The notes under the pieces: generated by a model
The model's database searches: none
What the model was told of the DNA's origin: nothing
The model's input: the letters and a program-made list of their open reading frames with translations, nothing else
Position numbers and translations under genes: made by a program
Shown here: one piece after another, positions 29,620 to 38,801 of the stretch
Layout of the letters: the number at the start of each line of letters is the position of its first letter
How positions within the stretch are numbered: position 1 is the first letter of the stretch
NCBI GenBank assembly: GCA_041662725.1
Contig: JBAZRX010000007.1
Coordinates: forward strand, 1 to 53,150
Reading direction: 5' to 3'
DNA from: Minisyncoccota bacterium
GTDB lineage: Bacteria; Patescibacteriota; Minisyncoccia; Phycocordibacterales; PALSA-1337
Length of the DNA stretch: 53,150 nt

Positions 29620-30105
29620 CTAAACTAAATCTTCCTCCTCTTTCAAATTGTAATTTATTATTTTTGCAGAATATTCTGCAGTAGACGGCTTATCAAATAG
29701 AAATTTCCCTTTAAATTTCTTCCCCTTAAGAAGTATTGGTAACCAATGAATATCATCTGACCACATTTCATTAAATGGTATTACATCCTTATTAAACCAT
29801 TGTGGTCTCATTTCTTCAGTTTCTATTGGTTCCCCTACAAATACATCCGTATGGAAAATATGTACTTCCAAAATTTTAGAATCATTCTGAAATTCAAAAT
29901 CAATAATTCCAGCTTTTCTTATACTACTAGATATGATTCCGGACTCTTCTTCAAGTTCCCTTCTTGCCGCCTCTTCAATTTCTTCACCAATCTCAACCTT
30001 TCCACCAAAACCATTCCACCTACCAGCACCAAAACCTCGCTTTTTCATACCAAGAAGTATTTTCTCATCTTTAGTTACAATACAAAGAGTTAATTGCTTT
30101 TTCAC
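29620..30105 (-). CDS. NUDIX hydrolase (MTH1/8-oxo-dGTPase-like)
   Basis: KKRGFGAGRWNGFGGK, Nudix box GEEIEEAARRELEEESG, MWSDD. Confidence 0.92.
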   Translation of the reverse strand: MKKQLTLCIVTKDEKILLGMKKRGFGAGRWNGFGGKVEIGEEIEEAARRELEEESGIISSSIRKAGIIDFEFQNDSKILEVHIFHTDVFVGEPIETEEMRPQWFNKDVIPFNEMWSDDIHWLPILLKGKKFKGKFLFDKPSTAEYSAKIINYNLKEEEDLV

Positions 30106-30524
30106 ATATAGAAGTATATCAAACTTCGTTCATTAAAATAAAAACACCCCAGAGCCGAAGCTTTGGGGTGAAGTACTTTAACGTCGTTACTCAGGACACT
30201 TTATAACTTAGGAGTCACTAAAATGGACTCCTCTCTCATGCGCGCCGTACAGCGCTCTTTTTTGTACAATGCATCGGAACTGGATATCATAGTCCGATGG
30301 GATTGAAGGTATCATTCCCATTAGTCAATCCATCCTTTGGGAACTATCGCTGTTTAGGCTAGCTAGAGAGCCGCGAAACGCTATCTCTAGCCAAATCAAA
30401 GAACTTTACAACAGTAGTGTATCATACCTATTATGTTTGTCAAGCGTTTTGAATAAAATTGACATCCTGCTACTAAAGTGTAGATTTATGTAAAGAAAAC
30501 AATTCATTACAGAAAGGCTCTCAT

Positions 30525-30764
30525 GTGATAGTAATAATTACACTACGGTTCCTTGAAATACAGGCTGATGGATCAAAACGTGTTATACAACCACCAATAA
30601 ACCTCTCACGATCCTTTGTATTAGAAGCCGAATCGGTAGAAGAAGCAACATTGGCTGTAGTTTGTGGCGTAAAATCATATTTTCAAAATAAAAATATGCA
30701 TTTACCGGATAATGTAGAGATGGTGGCTGTTCTTGAAAATGAAGACGATCCATCTCGAAATTAA
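30525..30764 (+). CDS. Small hypothetical protein
   Basis: 79-aa ORF with an upstream SD-like AGAAAGG and a downstream hairpin terminator. Confidence 0.5.
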   Translation: MIVIITLRFLEIQADGSKRVIQPPINLSRSFVLEAESVEEATLAVVCGVKSYFQNKNMHLPDNVEMVAVLENEDDPSRN

Positions 30765-30882
30765 CTCCGGTTTATTCTGTAATCAAAGGCGCTCTGAAGC
30801 GCCTTTTTTGTTATAAAAAGATTAAAGATGATGAATGATATGAGTATTTATATTTCAGACTTCTTCCATAATATTGAGCATA

Positions 30883-31821
30883 CTACATGGTATAGATAGC
30901 CTCATTTATCGATTGTTCCTCTCCATGCAACGCTTTTCGAGCAAAACGATATAGTATGTACTGTGCAGATATATTTCCAAGGTCTGCAACCTGTCGAGCT
31001 GCTTCCTCGCCATACACTCTCAACATACTCCCAAATAACTGACCTACGCCCCCTAACGATGAGATTCCCTGACTTATTCCTTGAATAGTTATCTGAGAAA
31101 TTCCCTTCAATGTATCAGTTCCTAAATTTGCAACTAATGATTTCTTAAATGTATCTGTTTTACTCACATCATTCAATTTATCAAGGTCAATCATCATAGA
31201 CTCAAATGTATATGCTGAACCAAAACTATCAAGAAAGATAAACCATGTATAACGGAGTTTAATTTTCAAATAGTATGCATATACACAAAGTCCAATTACA
31301 AATAAAAGTGGAATCGATATGAGAATATAGAGCAAAGATTGATACTCATATGCAAATTGACTTAATAAATATATTGACCCAATAAGAGCGAGCGCAGTAA
31401 GTGCGATTGGTAAAAAATAATAACGCCAAAAAATATTAAGTCGAAATACAAGACCAGGCCAAAATAGCTTTCTAGCTATTCTCCAACTGTCTTTTGGTTC
31501 AAGGTTTTTATTATCAAAATACGAGTCTACCCAGATTTGCTTTTCAATCGTAAGAACAAACCTAACTATTATTGTATAAATAACAGCAAGTAGTAAATAA
31601 ACAACTAAACACACAAAGAAACTGATAAGGTGTTCCCTGATAAACCCCTCCATGTCATAAAAAGAATTTAAAATATACCCACTTACGATAAGTAATAGAT
31701 ACGGCCAAACAACCAAAAATATTCTTCTTGCTAATAAAAATTTCCTCTTATTCAACTGCTTTCCCATCTCTTCTAATAATTGTCTGTATGTTGGAGGTAA
31801 AATAGTGTTTTGATTTTCCAT
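30883..31821 (-). CDS. Hypothetical multi-pass membrane protein
   Basis: Four hydrophobic segments; probable start MENQ. Confidence 0.75.
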   Translation of the reverse strand: MENQNTILPPTYRQLLEEMGKQLNKRKFLLARRIFLVVWPYLLLIVSGYILNSFYDMEGFIREHLISFFVCLVVYLLLAVIYTIIVRFVLTIEKQIWVDSYFDNKNLEPKDSWRIARKLFWPGLVFRLNIFWRYYFLPIALTALALIGSIYLLSQFAYEYQSLLYILISIPLLFVIGLCVYAYYLKIKLRYTWFIFLDSFGSAYTFESMMIDLDKLNDVSKTDTFKKSLVANLGTDTLKGISQITIQGISQGISSLGGVGQLFGSMLRVYGEEAARQVADLGNISAQYILYRFARKALHGEEQSINEAIYTM

Positions 31822-31941
31822 GTACGTAATAATATCAAAAAATAGGTTATAAATCTTTATAAAAAGTAAAAAGATTACCTTCAATAAGTAACAAAACCGC
31901 AGAGATTGCTCCCTGCGGTTGTTTAAACACTTACTAACTTC

Positions 31942-32451
31942 CTACTCAGATAGCTCGCGGAGACTATCCAATTCATGCTCCCTCTTCTCCTCTAGATACT
32001 GTGCCAAAGGTACTTTACACTGTTTAGGAAGACGGTGAAGTACAGCGACCCAATTTGCCACATGAAGAATGTACCGAGTTTCTTCAGCTCCTGATATCCG
32101 TTCAAGTCCATTTTCGACCGTTTCGCAAAAGTCGTATTCTATGGTTTTCGGAGGACCTTCAATAATGAAAGGCCACTTCCAAGTAAGACACCGAGTGGAA
32201 TAACTACTCATTCTCACACCCACTTTACCAATGATTTTCCCTTTCCCGTCTATTAGTAATAACACGTGAATCTTCCTCCAAGGAACAAACCAGTGTTGAT
32301 TACTGCTGACATGTTCCCCCCAAGGAGTTATTTTCAACGTGTTCAAATCTATCACTTGGACATAGAACTCATATACTTCTGAATCAAGAAGTGCTGGTAA
32401 CCAAGGATACTCCTTTTTTAGGATTGCGCGCGTCTCTTCGTTCAGTTTCAT
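31942..32451 (-). CDS. Hypothetical protein
   Basis: 169-aa ORF with an SD (AAGGAG); no family recognised. Confidence 0.65.
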   Translation of the reverse strand: MKLNEETRAILKKEYPWLPALLDSEVYEFYVQVIDLNTLKITPWGEHVSSNQHWFVPWRKIHVLLLIDGKGKIIGKVGVRMSSYSTRCLTWKWPFIIEGPPKTIEYDFCETVENGLERISGAEETRYILHVANWVAVLHRLPKQCKVPLAQYLEEKREHELDSLRELSE

Positions 32452-32598
32452 TACTTCTCCTTACAGCATCCCGCCGTTTTACACAATTTCAGCATCCCGC
32501 TTCAATTGTTGGATTTAGTTATTTTGAAAGGTCAGACACACTCATGCTGATCTGCAACTAACAGTAGCATAAATATATTGTAGTGTCAAACTGAGCTG

Positions 32599-32707
32599 TC
32601 GTAGAGAATGTTACTTGTCCTTCATAGCTGTGGTGAGTGAAACGAGTCAATGATGAAGATAGAGAGTTGTGTTTGAGAGGAGAAATGATGTAACAATATA
32701 TATTCCC
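32599..32707. repeat. 109-bp intergenic element, copy A
   Basis: Ungapped alignment to 33448-33556 with 22 mismatches by manual count. Confidence 0.85.
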
Positions 32708-32732
32708 GCATTCTACCCCACTATGCAGTTCA

Positions 32733-33368
32733 CTATATAAAAAGATCTATTCCGAGATCATCGGAAAGTTGCACAACATATTTTTGATGTCCGAGATTAT
32801 CTGAACTTTCATCATATTGTTTTTTCAAAAGTTCAGAAGCTTTTGCTGTGTTACCTTGTTTGAAATAAATTAACCCGAGCAATATTCGAGGGACTCCGGT
32901 AAAAGTATTTCTTTTCGTCTCACTTACATTCTTGATTATCTTCTCTCGCGTCTCAAAATTATCCAAGAATGGAACTCCGAACTGTTGCAGTAATTGAATT
33001 AAATTTTGCTCATCCGCTTGTTTAAAATTTTTTAAGTCAAACCACAAATCATTTTTCCCAGAAATATTACCTATTCTCGTTCTAATTTGGCAGTCATACT
33101 CGAGCACAAAAGATTTTTTCTTCTTAAAGATCGCTTCGTCAACTTCAGGCACATATATACCAAGATTTATGGTAAACAATCCATGGAGACTATCTTCTTG
33201 TTTCCAAGGTTCATACGCTCCTGCTTGAAAATTAATTACCTGTGTAAGTCCATCTGATGTTAGCCTGTTAAATGTATTTCCTTTCTTTTTAAAAGATTGT
33301 GGTTTTAACACATCGTTATACAACGATGCTGTAATCCTGCTTAGAAGTTTTGAATACTCCGTTTTCAT
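32733..33368 (-). CDS. DUF4304-like protein
   Basis: LKPQSFKKKGNTF, QVINFQ, FTINLGIYVP, CQIRTRIG. Confidence 0.7.
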   Translation of the reverse strand: MKTEYSKLLSRITASLYNDVLKPQSFKKKGNTFNRLTSDGLTQVINFQAGAYEPWKQEDSLHGLFTINLGIYVPEVDEAIFKKKKSFVLEYDCQIRTRIGNISGKNDLWFDLKNFKQADEQNLIQLLQQFGVPFLDNFETREKIIKNVSETKRNTFTGVPRILLGLIYFKQGNTAKASELLKKQYDESSDNLGHQKYVVQLSDDLGIDLFI

Positions 33369-33447
33369 ATATAAAGTCTATCAGGTTCGAACTAAAAATA
33401 CTGCTCTAAATAAAGATACTTCACTCTCAATTCCTGTTAAGGTGCCA

Positions 33448-33556
33448 TCGTAAAGGATGTTACCTGTCCTTCATAGCCGTGGCGAGCAAAGCGAGTCAAT
33501 GGCGAAGAAGGAGGACTGTGTTTGAGAGAAGAAACGATGCAAGTGTCTATATTCCC
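33448..33556. repeat. 109-bp intergenic element, copy B
   Basis: Contains the hairpin CCTTC-ATA-GCC...GGC-GAA-GAAGG. Confidence 0.85.
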
Positions 33557-33559
33557 ATG

Positions 33560-33892
33560 TTAAACTCCCGCAGGTAAAACAAACATACCATCTATTCCAA
33601 GGTTTAAATCAAAAACCGAAATAACCGCATCTGTATTTAGAGGACCGTAAATGTGTGGATACAATTTACCGTTACCAGCATCTTCATATTTGATTGGGGC
33701 GTGAACCATTTTCTCGTCAATAACTAAAATCTGTAAGTCAATTCTTCCTTTAAACATATAATTAGCAACCTCTATTACTTGATCTGGTGTAGAACAATGA
33801 ATAAATCCTTCTTTCTTTAATGTATCTCCGGCATATTCTTTTTCATTTTCATTCCATTTGTCTTTAGCCACAATATGAAGTATTTTTTTCAT
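33560..33892 (-). CDS. DUF952-family protein
   Basis: ILHIV, EGFIHCST, YPHIYGPLNTDAV. Confidence 0.9.
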   Translation of the reverse strand: MKKILHIVAKDKWNENEKEYAGDTLKKEGFIHCSTPDQVIEVANYMFKGRIDLQILVIDEKMVHAPIKYEDAGNGKLYPHIYGPLNTDAVISVFDLNLGIDGMFVLPAGV

Positions 33893-34196
33893 ACACGAAA
33901 GTATATCAGGTTAGAACTGAAAAGTCTTTGCGACACTTAAATATTTTCGCGAAATCTAACGCTGGGGTCACGACAGGTATCCATTTATGACGGTCCTTTG
34001 TGACCACGAATATTTGTGCGGAATACGAGAAAAGATAAGGCTTATTCAGGAGTTTCAGAGGGATGAAAAAGTGGCTGCGGTTTGAGCAAAAAAGTGACAA
34101 CTTTCGCGAATTTCAATCCTAACGATATTTTCGTACATAAAAATTCCTCACCGCGCTTTCGCAGTGAGGATGTGAAAACTTTGGCATTTTGATAGC

Positions 34197-35309
34197 TCAG
34201 CGGAGCGCCAGTGTTTCGCCGGCGTACTCCAAGCCCTTCGGCTTGATGACCACCTTCTTGTCGCCGTTTTCGATGTGACCGGCACGATAAGCCCGCAGTC
34301 CGAGCTTTTTCGCGACATGAACGACGGCATCAGCATGGGAATCAAGAACATAGAGAGCAAAGCCAGCTCCCATGTTGAGATTGCCGTAGGCCTCGGTGTC
34401 ATCGACCGGTCCATGCTCCTGCAGGAAGTCGAAGATCGGGAGCTGTGTTGGGAGGGTTTCGATCACGTATGTGAAAGGCTGCGTTGCTCGCATCAGCTTG
34501 CGCCAGCCATGGCCTGTGACGTTCACAGCGTAATGAACATCGACGCTCTGATTGAGGCAGTCCTCGACGAGACCGACATAAATGTGTGTCGGATCGAGAA
34601 GTGTTTCACCGTAGGTGCGGATACCGACCTTTGTTAGATAGCCCATCGGCAATTTGTCCGCGATCTTCCGCGCCAGCGTAAGTCCGTTCGCATGAATGCC
34701 GGAACTCTCGATGATGACGATCGCATCGCCGTGCCGAATCTTGTCGCTTGTGATCAGGCGTTCCTTGGGCTTGACGAGTCCCATCGCCGAACCGGAGAGC
34801 ACTACCGCTTCCGGGACCACAACACCTTTGAGGGTTGGCGTTTCGCCTCCTCCCCAAACGCACCGAGCCATGTCGCAGGCATTCTTCCAACCATTCACGA
34901 GGTCATGTGTGCGCTTCTCGTCATTGAACCAATCGGATGCGCCGACTGCGAGATGCATCGCCACCGAAAGCGGCAGAGCACCGAGAGTTACGAGATCATT
35001 CACGATCATGGCGACTGTGTCCTGCGCGATCTGGTCGTAATACGATTTGCCGGTGAGCTTGTACATCGCATCGGCGACCAGATTCTTTGTGCCAAGGCCT
35101 TCCTCGACATGGGCAAAGTAGCTTTTGGCCGCTTCGATGAGATAGGCGCTTTCGCCACGGCTCGCCTCGAGTTCCCGAAACTCACCGCCATTGAGGCGAC
35201 TGATATTACCGGCTGTTTCCCGTCCGGCAATCTGTGCCATCCGTTTGAATGGGTCCATAGCGTCATAGTTAACGCCGGTGCCCGCATAGGTCATATTCTG
35301 TTTTTTCAT
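34197..35309 (-). CDS. purM: Phosphoribosylformylglycinamidine cyclo-ligase (AIR synthetase)
   Basis: YAGTGVNY, EGLGTK, AMIVNDL, GGETP, SSGIHANG, NVTGHG, LNMGAG. Confidence 0.93.
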   Translation of the reverse strand: MKKQNMTYAGTGVNYDAMDPFKRMAQIAGRETAGNISRLNGGEFRELEASRGESAYLIEAAKSYFAHVEEGLGTKNLVADAMYKLTGKSYYDQIAQDTVAMIVNDLVTLGALPLSVAMHLAVGASDWFNDEKRTHDLVNGWKNACDMARCVWGGGETPTLKGVVVPEAVVLSGSAMGLVKPKERLITSDKIRHGDAIVIIESSGIHANGLTLARKIADKLPMGYLTKVGIRTYGETLLDPTHIYVGLVEDCLNQSVDVHYAVNVTGHGWRKLMRATQPFTYVIETLPTQLPIFDFLQEHGPVDDTEAYGNLNMGAGFALYVLDSHADAVVHVAKKLGLRAYRAGHIENGDKKVVIKPKGLEYAGETLALR

Positions 35310-35437
35310 GAATTTTCCTTTTGTTGAACTAGTTCTAATTGAATACTACCCATAGGTATTGAAAACGCAAGCCAGATTGACAATATCCCGAAAACGACTA
35401 GTCTTTAATTCCAGACAACGAAAGGAAAAATTGATCT

Positions 35438-37039
35438 ATGAAAACAATGAAAACTGCGTTGATCTCGGTGTACCACAAAGACGGTATCACTGATTTCGCG
35501 CTTGAACTGACTAAACTCGGATTCACCATATATGCCTCTGGCGGCACAGCCAAGCATCTCACAAAGGCCGGCATCAACGTCCTCGACGTCGCGACCCTAA
35601 TTGGCGGCGAGGCAATTCTCGGGCACCGGGTTGTTACCCTCTCCCGTGAAGTGCACGCCGGACTTTTAGCCCGCTATGATGTCCCAGAAGACATGGCTGA
35701 GCTTGAACGCCTCAATATTCCGTGCATCGATCTCGTGTGCGTTGACCTCTATCCGCTCGAACAGGAGATCGTCAAACCGGACAGCACGGAATCGTCAGTC
35801 ATCGAAATGACCGACATCGGCGGACCGACCATGATCCGTTCTGCGGCAAAAGGTTGCCGCGTCATCGTTTGTGATCCGGCAGACCGCCAGCCTGTAATCG
35901 AATGGCTGAAATCGGGTGAACAAAAGGACCCAGGCCTCCCCGGCAGATTATGCGCAAAAGCCGAATTCGTCGTTGCGAACTACTGCATGGCATCTGCTAC
36001 ATACCGTAGCGCAGGATGGTATCGCGGCCTTTCCGGTGAACGTGTCGCGGAATGCAAATACGGCGAAAACGCCCACCAAACACCGGCTGCGTTGTTCTCT
36101 TCGGGTATCGACGATCCGCTGGCGCTCGACAAATTCACTGTGGTTGAAGGTACGCCTCCCAGCTACAACAACTACTGCGATTTGGACCGGCTCCTGCAAA
36201 CAATGACGCATATCGTGGCCGTCTTGAGAAAAAACGACACTGAAGTTCCCTTCATCGCCTTGGGCGGCAAACACGGTAACGTCTGCGGCGCCGCCATAGG
36301 CAATGACGTCCGAGTTGTCCTCCAAGATATGATGGCTGGCGATCCGTTAGCGATCTTTGGCGGTTTGGTCATGACCAATTTCGCCATCGATGACGGGATC
36401 GCTGATGTTCTGTCGGGCAAGCTTCTCGACGGCATCATTGCTCCAGGGTTCACTGGCGACACAATCGCCAAACTCAGGCGTAAGGGCGACAAATGTCGCT
36501 TCATCTCAAATCCTGCACTCCGTTTGCAGGGCGCTGTTGACGGAAAAATGTCTCTCGACGGAGCTTCCCGCTTTCGTTATGTGAGAGGTGGATTCCTACG
36601 CCAGCCAAATTACACATTCGTGCTTGACCTCAAAGATGGGGGATGGAAAACCTACGGACAACCGTCTCTGCAAGGACTAACCGATATGTTCTTGGCTTGG
36701 GCGATCGGCAGCACGAGTAACAGCAACACGATCACGCTCGTAAAGAATAATACACTGATCGGCAACGGTGTCGGCCAACAAGATCGTGTCGGTGCAGCCA
36801 AACTGGCGATTGAGAGGGCGACTCGCTCAAAACACGACATCAACGGTGCCGTAGCCTACAGCGATTCGTTCTTCCCGTTCCCTGACGGTCCGCAGACCCT
36901 TATCGACGCCGGAGTCAAAGCAATCCTGACCTCAAGCGGCTCGGTCAAAGATCAGGCGACAATCGACGTCTGTGTCAAAAACAATGTCGCGTTGTATATG
37001 ATCCCCGATCCCATCGGGCGAGGTTTCTTCGGTCATTAA
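35438..37039 (+). CDS. purH: Bifunctional IMP cyclohydrolase/AICAR formyltransferase
   Basis: ALISVYHK, GHRVVTL, DIGGPTMIRSAAK, YGENAHQ, SYNN, KHGNVCG, SDSFFPF. Confidence 0.94.
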   Translation: MKTMKTALISVYHKDGITDFALELTKLGFTIYASGGTAKHLTKAGINVLDVATLIGGEAILGHRVVTLSREVHAGLLARYDVPEDMAELERLNIPCIDLVCVDLYPLEQEIVKPDSTESSVIEMTDIGGPTMIRSAAKGCRVIVCDPADRQPVIEWLKSGEQKDPGLPGRLCAKAEFVVANYCMASATYRSAGWYRGLSGERVAECKYGENAHQTPAALFSSGIDDPLALDKFTVVEGTPPSYNNYCDLDRLLQTMTHIVAVLRKNDTEVPFIALGGKHGNVCGAAIGNDVRVVLQDMMAGDPLAIFGGLVMTNFAIDDGIADVLSGKLLDGIIAPGFTGDTIAKLRRKGDKCRFISNPALRLQGAVDGKMSLDGASRFRYVRGGFLRQPNYTFVLDLKDGGWKTYGQPSLQGLTDMFLAWAIGSTSNSNTITLVKNNTLIGNGVGQQDRVGAAKLAIERATRSKHDINGAVAYSDSFFPFPDGPQTLIDAGVKAILTSSGSVKDQATIDVCVKNNVALYMIPDPIGRGFFGH

Positions 37040-37058
37040 ATTGACCCCGCCATTCACG

Positions 37059-37092
37059 TGCCACTCCCCTCAAGGGTGTGGCACTTTTTTAT
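37059..37092. terminator. Terminator between convergent purH and purB
   Basis: GTGCCAC..GTGGCAC stem followed by TTTTT. Confidence 0.6.
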
Positions 37093-37151
37093 TGCACAAA
37101 AAAGACTCACCCTGCTTTCACAAAGTGAGTCTACTGAATCTGCGTTGGCGA

Positions 37152-38678
37152 TCAGACACCGAGAAACGATGCCATGACTGCCGGAGCGGCCAGATACCCC
37201 TCGGCAATCTTGGCAATCTCCAGCGCTTTCTCAGCTGCCAGACCGGCATACTGGTCGGAATTGCCGCCGACCTTGCTGATAAGCGACATGACATCTTCCG
37301 GTAGTTTCGAACGGCCATCCAGTAATTCCTGATCGTGCTCATCTTCACCGATCTTTTTGATGGTATACAACCAGGAACTGCCTTGCTTGACGAGTGGAAG
37401 TGCTAGCTCATTAACAACCCTATGAGCGTCTCCTGTGTAGCCGGCCATCTGAAGTGCGATATACACCGGCTCAGCAAGTATCTCCGCACCCTGAAGCTCC
37501 AGATTGCGCTTGCAAGCTTCCGGATCAACCGAGATCCGCGCAATGAACGGCGAGTCGCCGCGCAAGAGGGTGTTCAACTGTGAGACCAGATTCACAACGA
37601 TTGTCGGAAAATCCCGAGCGATAGCGCTGTTCACCAAGTCCCGTTGATGCTCGCTTATGAGCACGTCCATGACCTTGCCGAATTCGCTCTTGGTCTTCAG
37701 CCATGTGCTCTCAAGGTTCTCGAAGTTGATCGGGTTCCTCTTGTGCGCCATGGTTGATGAGCCGACTTGGCCTTTGTCGAATGGTTCACCGAGCTCTGCG
37801 ATTTCGCTTCGCATGAGATGTCGGCCATCCCGACCGAATTGACCGAGAGAAGCCGATAGCTTCACACAAGCAAACAGATAATCGGCGAGTGGCTCAGGTG
37901 GCAGAATCTGGGTACTGATTGGCGCGGGTTTTAATCCAAGCCTTTTCAGTACCAACTGCTCGAATGTTGGGACATCCGCGTAATTGGCAACACCTGATGC
38001 AACGTCTTCCGCAGAACACGCACCAATCCCCTTTGATTTGCATCGTTCGATAATCCCGACTGCTTTCTGTGCGTTGTACGCGCCGACCGCGCCGGAGATC
38101 TTTCCCACGAGCCCATAGGCTGCTGCATTGGCACTCTCGAGATTCCGGAGAATCCTGCTCAAGATCGTGGCAAACCAGAAACCGACCGTGATTGGCAGCG
38201 CATGCTGGCCATGCGTACGACCGATCTGCTTCTGTGAGGCGAATGTCCGGGTCCGCTCAATGAAATGCCCGATGACCTTGTCCGCCAAAGGCTTGACGAC
38301 CTCGGTGTGAGCGCGGAGGAATTGAAGCGACCGCGCCGTATCGAGAACGTCATAGCTTGTGAGCGGAACATGAATCCATCGGCGAAGGCCGAGGGGTGAA
38401 CGCTCTTGAGCCAAGCGAACCCAGGCACGGATGTCGTGTTTGGTAATCTTTCGCTCAACTTCATCAACTTCGCTCGTTGTGATAGAGAGAAGTTTTTGTT
38501 CGACTTCCGGCGTGAGAAGAACGATGTCGGCGGGAGGAATAACTCCGATGTCCGCCAACGTCCTCATGGTTGCGATTTCTACTTCGGCCACACACCTGAA
38601 AAGGTTGTCGTAGCCGAAATGCCCTTGTAGGTCTTTCGGTTGATACCGGGGGTTGCCCGGCAATGATAAGTTAGGCAT
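37152..38678 (-). CDS. purB: Adenylosuccinate lyase
   Basis: TKHD, LTSYD, GRTHGQHA, GSSTMAHKRNP signature, HQRDL. Confidence 0.93.
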   Translation of the reverse strand: MPNLSLPGNPRYQPKDLQGHFGYDNLFRCVAEVEIATMRTLADIGVIPPADIVLLTPEVEQKLLSITTSEVDEVERKITKHDIRAWVRLAQERSPLGLRRWIHVPLTSYDVLDTARSLQFLRAHTEVVKPLADKVIGHFIERTRTFASQKQIGRTHGQHALPITVGFWFATILSRILRNLESANAAAYGLVGKISGAVGAYNAQKAVGIIERCKSKGIGACSAEDVASGVANYADVPTFEQLVLKRLGLKPAPISTQILPPEPLADYLFACVKLSASLGQFGRDGRHLMRSEIAELGEPFDKGQVGSSTMAHKRNPINFENLESTWLKTKSEFGKVMDVLISEHQRDLVNSAIARDFPTIVVNLVSQLNTLLRGDSPFIARISVDPEACKRNLELQGAEILAEPVYIALQMAGYTGDAHRVVNELALPLVKQGSSWLYTIKKIGEDEHDQELLDGRSKLPEDVMSLISKVGGNSDQYAGLAAEKALEIAKIAEGYLAAPAVMASFLGV

Positions 38679-38801
38679 ATGTGGCCCTTTCTATTGTTTT
38701 TTGTTTTCTGCACTTCTCGTGTCAATACTACTCAAAAGTATCGAAAAGGCAACAAAAAAACTCCGGGAGGTGTGACCCGGAGCGTGTAACTAAACGTGCT
38801 G

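Noticed and set aside
32599-33922. Integron attC sites
   Set aside because: GTTTAAC overlaps the DUF952 stop, but no matching GTTRRRY end or equivalent site follows the second gene, and there is no integron integrase
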